The notes beneath the pieces were generated by a model. It made no database searches. It was not told the DNA's origin and saw only the letters and a program-made list of their open reading frames with translations. Below, in pieces: positions 1 through 9,603 of a stretch of DNA of 64,000 bases. Numbering within the stretch: position 1 is the stretch's first letter; each line of letters opens with the position of its first letter. A program made the position numbers and the translations under genes. This DNA comes from Candidatus Magasanikiibacteriota bacterium (GTDB lineage Bacteria > Patescibacteriota > Patescibacteriia > Magasanikbacterales > GWA2-37-8): assembly GCA_041678665.1 (NCBI GenBank), contig JBAYNU010000003.1:12008-76007 (forward strand), given 5' to 3'.

Positions 1-45
1 TTTATTGAGCTATATTTTTATAATTTTTTAAATTATTTAATTACT

Positions 46-1116
46 ATGGAAATTAGTAGTTTGGCTTTTCAAAACTTACCGGAATACGATCATCATAAAT
101 TAGTAGTCAAGGTGGAAGATGAATCGGTGGGCTTGAAAGGTTTTATAGCCATCCACTGTTTTAATGGTGCCTTCCCGGCATTAGGAGCTACGCGTTTGTG
201 GAACTATCATTTTGAGGAGGAGGCGTTACGCGATGCTCTGCGTTTGTCAAAATTGATGACGTACAAATCGGTATTGGCTGGTTTGCCTTATACTGGAGCC
301 AAAGCCGCCCTTATCCTTAATCCAAAATCACAAATTAATCGCGAGGCAATGTTTCGTTCTTATGCTAAAAAAGTTAATGAGTTGAAGGGGCAATTCGTTA
401 CTGGCACAGATGTGGGGGTGAGCAATAAAGATTTAGATATAATGTGCACAGAAAGCAGTTTTATGATTGGCGAGGGAGTAGACTCCGGTTATTTTACCGC
501 CATCGCGGTACTTGACGGTATTAAACGCGCGCTTAAAGATCGTTTTGGCACCGACGATGTTTCGCGCCGCACTTTTGCTATTCAAGGTTTGGGAAAAACC
601 GGATATCCTTTATTAAAATTCTTGGTAAAAGCCGGCGCAGAAAAAATTTATGTAACCGATATCAACCCGCGCAAGGCATGGTATGCCAAAATTCGTTTTC
701 CGCATATTAAATTGATAAATCCAGTGGAAATACATTGTCAGGCGGTGGATGTTTTTTGTCCTTGCGCCATGAGTCATTCTATTAACGAAGACAGCGTTTC
801 ACAGTTGCAATGTAAAATCGTAGCCGGGTCGGCTAATAATCAATTGGATAGCAAGGAGACCGGGGAATTATTATTTAAAAAAGGTATTTTATATGCGCCC
901 GATTTTGTGATTAATGCCGGTGGAATAATTAGTGTGGTTGACCAGTATGAAAACAAAACACACAGTGAAGAGAGGATTTTGGAAAAATTAAAGAAAGTGG
1001 GAGAAAATTTATCCAAGATTTTTGAGACTAGTCGCCAAGAGAATAAAGCGCCCAATTTCGTCGCTACAGAAATTGCGGATAAAATTATTACTAATTATGC
1101 CAAAGCCAATAATTGA
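46..1116 (+). CDS. Glu/Leu/Phe/Val amino-acid dehydrogenase family protein
   Basis: 356 aa; N-terminal substrate domain with G-A-K-A-A motif and C-terminal Rossmann G-L-G-K-T-G NAD-binding motif typical of Leu/Val/Phe dehydrogenases. Confidence 0.65.
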   Translation: MEISSLAFQNLPEYDHHKLVVKVEDESVGLKGFIAIHCFNGAFPALGATRLWNYHFEEEALRDALRLSKLMTYKSVLAGLPYTGAKAALILNPKSQINREAMFRSYAKKVNELKGQFVTGTDVGVSNKDLDIMCTESSFMIGEGVDSGYFTAIAVLDGIKRALKDRFGTDDVSRRTFAIQGLGKTGYPLLKFLVKAGAEKIYVTDINPRKAWYAKIRFPHIKLINPVEIHCQAVDVFCPCAMSHSINEDSVSQLQCKIVAGSANNQLDSKETGELLFKKGILYAPDFVINAGGIISVVDQYENKTHSEERILEKLKKVGENLSKIFETSRQENKAPNFVATEIADKIITNYAKANN

Positions 1117-2629
1117 TTGGCAAAAAATATCGGCAAAGAAATTTATTAAATTACTCGGCATCAAGCCGGAAAGTTTTTGGGTTAAGCGTGGCGAGGCGAT
1201 GACACTTCAGTTGTTTAATCAAATGGCGACACGCGTGCCCGCTTATCGAAATTTTTTGAGAAAAAGCGGTATTAAACCCCAAAGAATAAAATCAATTAGT
1301 AATTTCAAAAAAATACCAACCATTAGCAAAGATAGTTATCTCAAGAAATATGATTTAGGCAATTTGTGTTGGGACGGCGAATTTTCCTCGCGTCATTGGG
1401 ATGTTTCTTCTACCTCTGGCTCTACCGGCGTGCCTTATTATTTTCCCAGATCCGACAGGCAAAATGCTCAATATGCTTTTACCGCTGAATTATATTTGCG
1501 CAATAATTTTTTCATACACAAAAAGACGACCCTGTATGTTAATTGTTTTGCTTTGGGTGTGTGGATTGGGGGATTGTTTACTTACGAAGCGCTTAAGCTT
1601 TTGACACGTCACGGCGTATATGGTTTAACAGTTATTAATCCAGGGTTAAACAAAATAGAAATTTTGAAAGCCATCTCTCGATTAGGCGGCGATTTTGACC
1701 AGGTGATTATTGGCGGGTATCCTCCTTTTGTTAAAGATGTAATTGATGACGGTTCAACCCATGGCGTTGATTGGAAAAAATATAATATAAAATTTATTTT
1801 CTCTGCCGAAGGATTCAGTGAAAAATTTAGAGATTATATTTTTGCTTGTTCCGAAGCAAAAAATATTTATTTGGACTCACTCAATCATTATGGCACGGTT
1901 GATCAAGGGACTTTAGCTCACGAAACCCCACTTAGCGTGATGATTAGGAGGCTGGCGTTGAAAGACGCTAAATTATATTCGGCAATTTTTGGCGCAAACG
2001 ATAGCCAGCTTCCCACTTTGGCCCAATATCATCCGGAATTGTTTTATTTTGAAGAAATCAATGGGAGTTTATTATGTTCGGCTTATAGTGGGTTGCCTTT
2101 GGTGCGGTATGATTTAAAAGATTATGGTGGTGTAGTAGGTTTTGAAGAGATGAAAAATATTTTTTTTGAGCACGGTTATGATTTGTGGCGTGAGGCCAAA
2201 AAAGCAAAAATAAATAAAACTGTCTGGCAGATTCCGTTTGTGTATGTGCGCGCGCGTAAGGATTTGAGCGTAAGTTTATCCGGGGCTAATATTTATCCAG
2301 AAACGATTAAAAATGTTTTGATTTATCCAGAGTTTAGTAAAACGTTGACAGGAAAATTTACTTTGTTAGTAAAGCATGACAAAAATCAAAATCCTTTTTT
2401 AGAGCTTAATATAGAATTAAAGAAAAATGTTTCCATGCCCAGTTTGAATTTTAAAAAAAGGTTAGTAGCCACAGTCGTCGCCCAGCTCTTAAAAGAAAAT
2501 TCGGAATATAAGATTATACACGATACTCACAAACGAAAACGCGGGGCTTATCCTGTTGTAGTTTTTCATTATTACGAAAGTGATCCATATTTTAGGAGTG
2601 GCGGAAAACAAAAATGGGTAATTAAATAA
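1100..2629 (+). CDS. adenylate-forming enzyme, phenylacetate-CoA ligase (PaaK)/F390-synthetase-like
   Basis: S-S-T-S-G-S-T-G-V-P-Y AMP-binding P-loop-like motif; N-terminal region resembles PaaK family; start chosen at ATG 1100 overlapping upstream stop (alternative 1199); ORF-track start 1022 would overlap the previous gene by 95 nt. Confidence 0.5.
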   Translation, partial: PKPIIDWQKISAKKFIKLLGIKPESFWVKRGEAMTLQLFNQMATRVPAYRNFLRKSGIKPQRIKSISNFKKIPTISKDSYLKKYDLGNLCWDGEFSSRHWDVSSTSGSTGVPYYFPRSDRQNAQYAFTAELYLRNNFFIHKKTTLYVNCFALGVWIGGLFTYEALKLLTRHGVYGLTVINPGLNKIEILKAISRLGGDFDQVIIGGYPPFVKDVIDDGSTHGVDWKKYNIKFIFSAEGFSEKFRDYIFACSEAKNIYLDSLNHYGTVDQGTLAHETPLSVMIRRLALKDAKLYSAIFGANDSQLPTLAQYHPELFYFEEINGSLLCSAYSGLPLVRYDLKDYGGVVGFEEMKNIFFEHGYDLWREAKKAKINKTVWQIPFVYVRARKDLSVSLSGANIYPETIKNVLIYPEFSKTLTGKFTLLVKHDKNQNPFLELNIELKKNVSMPSLNFKKRLVATVVAQLLKENSEYKIIHDTHKRKRGAYPVVVFHYYESDPYFRSGGKQKWVIK

Positions 2630-2634
2630 ATTTT

Positions 2635-3729
2635 ATGGTTAAAGATAATTTTGACAGACATACTTGGCAACCGGTGAAAGTAAGCGTAAAGGGGTGTGCG
2701 TTAGAAGATTTTATTAAGAAATATCCCGGCATACAAATAGTTGATCAATTGGAGGCTCAGTTGGAAGAGTTGTTTTTATTACGTCACCCTCAATATCGCT
2801 TTAATAGAGAATACCAAAAAGATTGGCTGGATTATTTAAAAAAGAATTATAATATTGAGGATTTGTCATTGGAAGGGGAATGGTTTTATTTTCCTTGGTC
2901 TAATCGCCTTGTTCATTATTTGGGAGAGTCGTTTCACAATGAATTGCGCACTGGAAGAAATCGCAATTTAATTACGGCGGAAGAACAAGAAAAATATTAT
3001 CGTTCCAGTATTGGTATTTTAGGGATGAGCGTGGGTAGCCACGTAGCTTTGACTATCGCCATGACGGGTGGCGCTAAATTTTTGAAATTAGCCGATCCAG
3101 ACACTATATCGGGCTCAAATTTAAATCGTATTCGTAGCGGTTTTGATATGATCGGATTGGGCAAGGTAGTAGCCGTAGCCAGGCAAATAGCGGAAATTAA
3201 TCCTTATGTCAAGGTGTCTGTTTACGAAAAAGGATTAACCGAGGAAAATATTGACGATTTTTTGCGGGGTGAAAAAGAACTTGATTTAGTGGTGGAAGAA
3301 ATGGATAATCCTTATTTAAAATTATTAGTCAGAGAAAAAGCTCGTTTCCAAGGTTTGCCGGTTATTATGGCTGCCGATAATGGGGATGGAGTGGTGGTGG
3401 ATGTGGAACGATTCGATTTTGATAAAAATTATCCCATTCTTCATGGTATTTTAGGGAATAAGGGTGCTACCGAATTAAAACAAGTTGAGCACCGTGATTT
3501 GCCTGGGATTATAGCTAAAATGGCGGGGGCAGAATTTGCGGCGCCAAGGATGATGGAATCAGTTTCCGCCGTAGGCAAGAGTTTGTATTCTTGGCCTCAG
3601 CTAGGGACGGCTGCCACTTTATGTGGTTCTGTTTTGACTAATTTGGGTCGGCGGATATTATTAGGAGATAGTTTTTCCAGCGGACGTTATGTAGTGGGTG
3701 AAAAAGAAATGTTTAAAAAAGTTATATAA
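2635..3729 (+). CDS. ThiF/MoeB/E1-like adenylyltransferase family protein
   Basis: Rossmann G-x-G-x-x-G (GILGMSVGSHVA) followed by D-x-D-x-I-S-G-S-N-L-N-R motif diagnostic of ThiF/E1-like enzymes; about 110-aa N-terminal extension. Confidence 0.65.
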   Translation: MVKDNFDRHTWQPVKVSVKGCALEDFIKKYPGIQIVDQLEAQLEELFLLRHPQYRFNREYQKDWLDYLKKNYNIEDLSLEGEWFYFPWSNRLVHYLGESFHNELRTGRNRNLITAEEQEKYYRSSIGILGMSVGSHVALTIAMTGGAKFLKLADPDTISGSNLNRIRSGFDMIGLGKVVAVARQIAEINPYVKVSVYEKGLTEENIDDFLRGEKELDLVVEEMDNPYLKLLVREKARFQGLPVIMAADNGDGVVVDVERFDFDKNYPILHGILGNKGATELKQVEHRDLPGIIAKMAGAEFAAPRMMESVSAVGKSLYSWPQLGTAATLCGSVLTNLGRRILLGDSFSSGRYVVGEKEMFKKVI

Positions 3730-3732
3730 GAT

Positions 3733-4779
3733 ATGAAAAAAAATTACGAAGCTTGGTTAGTGGATGAAAAAGATTATCCTCGGCAAGGTGGACTTAGACA
3801 GAAGTTGGAGTTTATTTTAAGATATGCTATTTTAGCGCCGTCAGCTCATAATACCCAGCCTTGGTGTTTTAAAATTATTGATAATAAAATTTTAGTTTAT
3901 ATCAATCAAAATCGAGCGTTAGGCGTATCGGATATTGTTAGGCGTCAGACCTATGAAAGCATAGGAGCTTGTTTGACTAATTTGCAATGCGCCTTGTGTC
4001 ATTTTGGTTTTAAAAATAATTTAGACTATCACATAGATTCTGCTGTTGATGATAATAATCATAGGCAATTGGTAGCCACAATATTTATCGGTGATGAGTG
4101 TGAGAGTAGTTGCGAAATTAAACGTTTTTTTACTTTTATACAAAAACGGCACAGTGCTAAGTTGGCTTATTTACCTGATAAATTATCGGATGAGAATATG
4201 GGGATAATGCAGACATTAGTGGCTGACAAAAGTGGAATTAATTTACATTTTTTTAGCGGTGCCGATGTAATAAAAAATTTTTCTCAGATTGTGGCATTGG
4301 GAACGATTGAAGCGTTCAATAATAAAGAATTTTGTAGAGAGTTAAGCGAGTGGGTGCGCCCTAGTTGGACTAAACGGGGAGACGGCATGCCGGCTAGTAC
4401 GGTTGGAATCCCTTTTATTTTATCTGGTTTGGTGCCATTCGTCATCGCGCATTTTAATACCGGAAAAATGCAAGCGCGTGATGTTGCCGTATTAGTTAAG
4501 AATACTCCCACGGTTGGTATTATAAGTGTTGACCATGAAACGCCTTTGGCGTGGATTCAGGTCGGAGAAGGTTATCAGTTGTTGTCATTGTTTTTAACCA
4601 GTATCGGTTTTGACAATGCTCCTATGGGGGCGCCGATTGAATCTGACGCCGCCAAGTACGAACTAAAGATATCCGCAGGGATAACCGGTTATCCGGCAAT
4701 ATTTTTTAGGATAGGCGTACAAAAAAAAGTAGTAGATTTAGCCCCGCGTTTGTCAGTGCAGTCTTGTATTACTGTTTAA
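3733..4779 (+). CDS. nitroreductase-fold protein (SagB/ThcOx-like dehydrogenase candidate)
   Basis: S-A-H-N-T-Q-P-W motif typical of nitroreductase superfamily; 348 aa, about twice single-domain nitroreductase size. Confidence 0.55.
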   Translation: MKKNYEAWLVDEKDYPRQGGLRQKLEFILRYAILAPSAHNTQPWCFKIIDNKILVYINQNRALGVSDIVRRQTYESIGACLTNLQCALCHFGFKNNLDYHIDSAVDDNNHRQLVATIFIGDECESSCEIKRFFTFIQKRHSAKLAYLPDKLSDENMGIMQTLVADKSGINLHFFSGADVIKNFSQIVALGTIEAFNNKEFCRELSEWVRPSWTKRGDGMPASTVGIPFILSGLVPFVIAHFNTGKMQARDVAVLVKNTPTVGIISVDHETPLAWIQVGEGYQLLSLFLTSIGFDNAPMGAPIESDAAKYELKISAGITGYPAIFFRIGVQKKVVDLAPRLSVQSCITV

Positions 4780-4783
4780 TTTT

Positions 4784-6436
4784 ATGCTTTATTCTTTGAA
4801 CTTTGATTTATTATCAGTGGGGGTAGCGGTAGCGGCCATTGGAATTTTTGGTTTTGTAGTTTTTTTCAATAATCGTGAAAGCTCAACTACTAGAGCATTT
4901 TTGTTTTTGTCATTAATTACCATATTTTGGGGTATAATAAATTATACGGCCTGCAATTCTTCTTTAATAATAACAGCATTATGGCTAATGAGATTAGTGA
5001 TGTTTTTTGCTGTTTGGCAAGCTTTTGCTTTATTTTTATTTTTTTATATTTTCCCTAATAATCATTATACTTTGTCAAAATTACCAGTTTACATATCCAC
5101 GGCCGTCACCATTTTAGTTTCGTTTTTAACTTTGACTCCTTATGTTTTTACCGGAGTAGACCATTTTATTCCAATGACCCCCCCGGTAGGTATAGTAGGA
5201 CCGGCCATGCCATTTTTTGGGATTATGGCAATAGGATTAGTAATTGCTGGGTTGGTAGTATTTTTTGCCAGAACTATTAAATCTGATAAAAAATCACGGC
5301 GTCCTTTTATTATAATTTGGACGGGTGCTTTAATGACCTTTTCTCTTATTATTATTTTTAATTTTATTTTTCCATCGGTTTTTAACGATTCAAGTCGAGT
5401 ACCATTGGGCGCGGTTTTTACTTTTCCTTTTATATTGTTTACTGCTTATGCCATTATAAAACATCGTTTATTAAATATCAGAATTATCGGTACTGAAGTT
5501 CTTACTTTTGCCCTTTCCTTAACAATTTTGTTGGAAGTATTATTGACCGACAGTTGGCCTTTAATTGTTTTTCGTTTTAGTTTGTTTATATTAGTAGTAA
5601 TATTTGGAGTATCTTTAATTAGAAGCGCCATCAAAGAAGTACGTCAGCGTGAGGAATTACAAAAGCTTACCGAAGAGCTTCAATCCGCCAATCTACGCCT
5701 TAAAGAGCTTGATCAACAAAAGACTGACTTTTTATCCATTGCCAGCCATCAATTGCGTACACCCCTTACTATTTTTAAAGGTTTTATTGAGCTTTTACAA
5801 GATGGTGCTTATGGTAAAATTACTAAAGAAACAAATAAAGTGTTAAAAGATTTTGATACTAACAATGAGCATTTAATAAAATTAGTAGATGAATTTTTGA
5901 ATGTATCACGTATTGAACAGGGGCGTACCAAATGGGAGTATGCCAATGTTGACATAGGTACGCTCATCGGGGAAGTGGTGCATGAGCTGCAGGTTAAAGC
6001 TAAAGGAAAAAATATGGAGGTAGTTTGGCACGGTCTCAGCAAGCCTTTGTCTGCCACAGTGGATAGAGAAAAGATTTACCAGGTGGTATACAATTTTGTC
6101 GACAATGCTATTAAGTATTGTGATCGTGGGAAAATAAATGTTAATTTAGCAGAAGAGAATGGCGGTTTGTCGGTTCGGGTAAAAGATCAGGGGGTTGGGT
6201 TTGGTAAGATTGATCAAGCGAATTTTTTTCAGAAATTTTATCGCGGGGATAATGTCAAGAAATCGAATGTTACCGGCACCGGTTTGGGTATTTATATGTG
6301 CAGTAAATTCATTGAAGGGCACAATGGCAAGGTTTGGGCTCTCTCTCCAGGACTTGGTAAAGGCAGTGAGTTTGGTTTTTGGATACCATTTGATGGTCAG
6401 CCTAAAGCATCAACGGGAACAGTAGTAACTGAGTAG
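4784..6436 (+). CDS. membrane sensor histidine kinase
   Basis: About 7 N-terminal TM helices, coiled coil, HisKA H-box (S-I-A-S-H-Q-L-R-T-P-L) and HATPase_c G-boxes (G-T-G-L-G-I). Confidence 0.75.
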   Translation: MLYSLNFDLLSVGVAVAAIGIFGFVVFFNNRESSTTRAFLFLSLITIFWGIINYTACNSSLIITALWLMRLVMFFAVWQAFALFLFFYIFPNNHYTLSKLPVYISTAVTILVSFLTLTPYVFTGVDHFIPMTPPVGIVGPAMPFFGIMAIGLVIAGLVVFFARTIKSDKKSRRPFIIIWTGALMTFSLIIIFNFIFPSVFNDSSRVPLGAVFTFPFILFTAYAIIKHRLLNIRIIGTEVLTFALSLTILLEVLLTDSWPLIVFRFSLFILVVIFGVSLIRSAIKEVRQREELQKLTEELQSANLRLKELDQQKTDFLSIASHQLRTPLTIFKGFIELLQDGAYGKITKETNKVLKDFDTNNEHLIKLVDEFLNVSRIEQGRTKWEYANVDIGTLIGEVVHELQVKAKGKNMEVVWHGLSKPLSATVDREKIYQVVYNFVDNAIKYCDRGKINVNLAEENGGLSVRVKDQGVGFGKIDQANFFQKFYRGDNVKKSNVTGTGLGIYMCSKFIEGHNGKVWALSPGLGKGSEFGFWIPFDGQPKASTGTVVTE

Positions 6437-6501
6437 CTTTTCGAATTTTTATATTTGTGATATAATATTTGTATATTTAATTTTATTCATTCATTTCAAT
6501 T

Positions 6502-6972
6502 ATGATGTTTCAAAAACCAAATTCCAAACAATTAGCTGATGTTGAAATATTGGCACCCATACAGTCGGTGGTTGCGTCCGAAGATAATGTAGAAACAATT
6601 GTGGGCCCATCGGTGAATGTGGAGGGTGATTTTGCATCAGAAGGTAATATTATCGTAAAAGGTTCAGTAGCCGGAAGCGTGCATACTAGTCGACACCTGG
6701 CGGTTGAGTTCGGTGCAAAAATTATGGCTAATGTTCGAGCTGGAAGCGCACAAGTGGCGGGTGAAGTGCGCGGCAACATGAAAGTTAAAGAGTCGCTGGA
6801 GCTATTATCCACTGCTCGGGTTACCGGTGATATTGAGGCTAAGACACTAGTGATTGAAGCAGGAGCTTTACTTTTTGGTAAAGTGATGATGCCGGGATTG
6901 GAAGAATCTAAACCAAAATCAACGCGTGGTGGTTTTGGTAAAAAGTCAGAAGAGATAGCCGCTGTTGTTTAA
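6502..6972 (+). CDS. bactofilin family cytoskeletal protein
   Basis: Repetitive beta-helix G-x-V-x-G-x-V/I pattern (DUF583-like) across about 110 aa. Confidence 0.65.
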   Translation: MMFQKPNSKQLADVEILAPIQSVVASEDNVETIVGPSVNVEGDFASEGNIIVKGSVAGSVHTSRHLAVEFGAKIMANVRAGSAQVAGEVRGNMKVKESLELLSTARVTGDIEAKTLVIEAGALLFGKVMMPGLEESKPKSTRGGFGKKSEEIAAVV

Positions 6973-6984
6973 GATTTAGAATTT

Positions 6985-7025
6985 GTCCCGACGTTAAGTC
7001 GGGATCCCGATTTGAACATCGGGAG
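6985..7025. repeat. GC-rich nested-hairpin intergenic repeat (copy A)
   Basis: GTCCCGAC-gttaa-GTCGGGATC plus CCCGAT-ttgaa-CATCGGG hairpins; same family as copies at 10196, 10469, 11851, 13214, 15503, 17731, 42505. Confidence 0.6.
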
Positions 7026-7042
7026 TTATTGGAAATTCCGGT

Positions 7043-7807
7043 ATGTATGTTTATATTTACGACAACTTTCTTCGTAATAAAAAGTTTGAGTCAGCCATTA
7101 AAGCCATAGAAGTGAGGTTGACTGATTATGGTATTGCCGGCAAGATTTTACGTCTCAATAATTATACCGATGCTAAGCCAGTAATTGATGACGAAATTAA
7201 GCGTGGAGCTAAAACTATCGTAATAGTTGGCAATGATGAAACTTTTGGACATGTCTTATCGCGTGCTGCCACCTGCGAGTGTGTTTTTGGTTTTTTACCT
7301 ATAGGTCCAAATAATACCATTGCCAATGTTTTGGGAATTTCAGTGGGGGTTGAAGCCTGTGATGTTTTATCGCGTCGGCGCAAAGAGAAATTGGATGTTG
7401 GTTGGATGAATAATCGTTATTTTATTTCTCAATTACATGTATTGCCGGCCAAAGTGGAAGTAATTTACGATGAACGTTTTAAAGCTTATGCCAATGATAA
7501 GATGGAGGTAGTGGTATGTAATTTGCAGCCGTTTTATTGGAAAAAAGACAGTAAAAGTAGGGAGCAATATGTTGTTCATCCTCAAGATAGAAAGTTGGAA
7601 GCGTTTTTGAGGCCATTGACAAAGAAGGGGTGGTTCGGGTATAAATATGAGGAACCAAGTATTTTCCCTTTTGAAGAGATGGAAATAAGTAGCAGAGAAC
7701 CATTTACTGTAGAAGCCGATGGTAAGATTTCTAAAGAAATAAAAGTAAAAATTAAGCTAGCTCACGGAAAAATAGAGATGATTGTTGGCCGTAACCGAAA
7801 ATTTTGA
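7043..7807 (+). CDS. diacylglycerol/lipid kinase catalytic-domain (DAGK_cat) family protein
   Basis: I-V-I-V-G-N-D-E-T and P-I-G-P-N-N-T motifs resembling GGDGT / PxGTxNDFAR of DAGK_cat/YegS-like kinases. Confidence 0.5.
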   Translation: MYVYIYDNFLRNKKFESAIKAIEVRLTDYGIAGKILRLNNYTDAKPVIDDEIKRGAKTIVIVGNDETFGHVLSRAATCECVFGFLPIGPNNTIANVLGISVGVEACDVLSRRRKEKLDVGWMNNRYFISQLHVLPAKVEVIYDERFKAYANDKMEVVVCNLQPFYWKKDSKSREQYVVHPQDRKLEAFLRPLTKKGWFGYKYEEPSIFPFEEMEISSREPFTVEADGKISKEIKVKIKLAHGKIEMIVGRNRKF

Positions 7808-7852
7808 ATTAAAAGTCAATGAATTATAAGGTCAAGTAAATAAAATGCAGTT

Positions 7853-7936
7853 GCCCAGGTGGCGAAATTGGTAGACGCACTACCTTGAGGTGGTAACGCT
7901 CGTAAGGGCATGGAGGTTCGAGTCCTCTCCTGGGCA
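7853..7936 (+). tRNA. tRNA-Leu (anticodon GAG), type II
   Basis: Hand-folded cloverleaf: acceptor GCCCAGG/CCTGGGC, anticodon loop TTGAGGT, long variable arm, T-loop TTCGAGT; no encoded CCA. Confidence 0.75.
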
Positions 7937-7966
7937 CAAATAGGTATTCTTTTAAATGTCGCTATG

Positions 7967-8206
7967 CAATACTTTATTGGCATTATTGCAATTTTAATTG
8001 GCGTATCGCTTATCATAAAGACAGAATGGTACGTAGCTAATTTTGGCGCGAGCGCTTGGGCTGAAGATAAATTTGGCACCACCGGCGGTACGCGCATTAT
8101 GTATAAATTAATCGGTTTGGTTTTTATTTTTGTTGGATTTTTAGCCGTTACCAATATGTGGACCAGTTTTCTTATGGCCACTGTCGGTAAAATTTTTATT
8201 AGGTAA
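7967..8206 (+). CDS. small membrane protein
   Basis: ORF-track start 7910 overlaps the tRNA; internal ATG at 7967 gives a 79-aa two-TM protein. Confidence 0.3.
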   Translation, partial: QYFIGIIAILIGVSLIIKTEWYVANFGASAWAEDKFGTTGGTRIMYKLIGLVFIFVGFLAVTNMWTSFLMATVGKIFIR

Positions 8207-8241
8207 TATCAGTAATTTTGTTTGTTGATAAATAAAAGTTT

Positions 8242-8790
8242 ATGACTAATGCGGGTGTTGCTTTAATTGATCCGCGTGCGGTATTTGAAAAAATTAATCT
8301 TAGCAAAGGCATGCGGGTGGCCGATCTTGGCTGTGGTCGCACCGGTCATTTTGTTTTTTCTGCTTCGCGCATTGTTGGCGACACTGGTGTAGTTTATGCG
8401 GTTGACGTTATAAAAGATATTTTAGAAAGTTTAAAAAGTCGAGTGCGTTCCGAAGGGTTCGATAATGTCCAGCCGATTTGGTCTGATATCGAAATACTTG
8501 ACAAAACCCCAATTCCTAGCAGTAGTTTGGATATTTGTTTTTTTGTTAATGTAATGTTTTTGCTTGGAGATAAGGTTTCAGCGCTCAAAGAATCAACTCG
8601 TATGCTCAAGCCGGGCGGGCTAATCACTGTTATTGATTGGGCAAAAAAACTTGGTCCTCTTGGTCCTGGCCCGGAGTTAATGACTACGCCGGAAGACATT
8701 ATTAATTTGGCTAAAAAATTAGGTTTGACGTTGTTGAATAATTTTTCTTTAGGAGGTTATCATTATTGTTTAATTTTTAAAAAGTGTTGA
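8242..8790 (+). CDS. class I SAM-dependent methyltransferase
   Basis: Motif I V-A-D-L-G-C-G-R-T-G and L-K-P-G-G motif. Confidence 0.65.
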   Translation: MTNAGVALIDPRAVFEKINLSKGMRVADLGCGRTGHFVFSASRIVGDTGVVYAVDVIKDILESLKSRVRSEGFDNVQPIWSDIEILDKTPIPSSSLDICFFVNVMFLLGDKVSALKESTRMLKPGGLITVIDWAKKLGPLGPGPELMTTPEDIINLAKKLGLTLLNNFSLGGYHYCLIFKKC

Positions 8791-8791
8791 T

Positions 8792-9190
8792 ATGAGTATA
8801 TTTAACCTGTTAAAATTGGATTATTGGTTTAGTCAGCCCTATATCGCCTATGGCACTACCAAATGGCTTTGGGTGATAATTTTTTTAGTATTGATTCTAA
8901 CCGGATTAATTTTTCGGATATTACAAAATATAGGCAAAGATAACGCTTACAAAGAAATTTTTCGTCGTGGTTCTAATCTAGGATTAACGATTGGACTTTT
9001 AGGAATCGTTTGGCTATTTTTTCGTCAAGAGAGAGTGCCGTTTTTAGCTTGGAGATTTTGGCTTTTATTTTTGATTATTGGCGGAATTTTTTGGAAGGTT
9101 AAGCTATTGTTTTATTATTTTAAACGTTTGCCGGCGATAAGAGCAGAAAAACAACAGCGTGAGCTGAAAAATAAGTATTTACCGAAGTAA
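8792..9190 (+). CDS. membrane protein, unknown function
   Basis: 132 aa with 3-4 predicted TM helices; start 2 nt after upstream stop. Confidence 0.4.
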   Translation: MSIFNLLKLDYWFSQPYIAYGTTKWLWVIIFLVLILTGLIFRILQNIGKDNAYKEIFRRGSNLGLTIGLLGIVWLFFRQERVPFLAWRFWLLFLIIGGIFWKVKLLFYYFKRLPAIRAEKQQRELKNKYLPK

Positions 9191-9192
9191 TC

Positions 9193-9549
9193 ATGACTAG
9201 GAGGCTAAAAGATATCGGTGATTGGGGTGAGCAGCAGGCTTGTGAATTTTTGTCGCGTCAAGGATTTAAAGTAATTGAAAGAAATTTTTTCACTACTACT
9301 GGTGAGATAGATATTGTCGCCCAAAAAGGTGGCGATTTGTTTTTTATTGAAGTTAAAACTCGTTTGGATCGGGAGTTGGCTAATGATAGCGCGGTAACCA
9401 AATTTAAAAAACATAAATTTGAAAAGGCGGTAAGGGCGTATTGTTACAAACGTCACATCCTGGAAGTCGGCCTAATTATGGCCGGGTTGATTATTTTTGT
9501 GGATAAAATCAACAAGAAAGTAAATTTTCGGTTGGCGGTGTGGGCTTGA
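9193..9549 (+). CDS. YraN/UPF0102 family endonuclease-like protein
   Basis: G-E-x-x-A-x-x-F-L-x-x-x-G-F-x-I-x-x-R-N ... G-E-I-D-I-V-A ... E-V-K-T-R pattern characteristic of YraN. Confidence 0.65.
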   Translation: MTRRLKDIGDWGEQQACEFLSRQGFKVIERNFFTTTGEIDIVAQKGGDLFFIEVKTRLDRELANDSAVTKFKKHKFEKAVRAYCYKRHILEVGLIMAGLIIFVDKINKKVNFRLAVWA

Positions 9550-9574
9550 CTTCGATGTTATTTAATGGTATAAT
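9546..9574 (+). promoter_or_regulatory. sigma70-like promoter upstream of ndk
   Basis: TTGACT - 17 nt - TATAAT. Confidence 0.5.
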
Positions 9575-9603
9575 TTGGTCAAATAAATTTTAATTATAAA
9601 AAT

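Noticed and set aside
1022-1198. ORF-track start 1022 for the adenylating enzyme
   Set aside because: Overlaps the dehydrogenase gene by 95 nt; ATG 1100 (or 1199) gives a conventional junction and aligns with PaaK N-termini
7816-8181. 121-aa minus-strand ORF overlapping tRNA-Leu
   Set aside because: Overlaps the tRNA and the more plausible plus-strand membrane ORF; low-complexity translation
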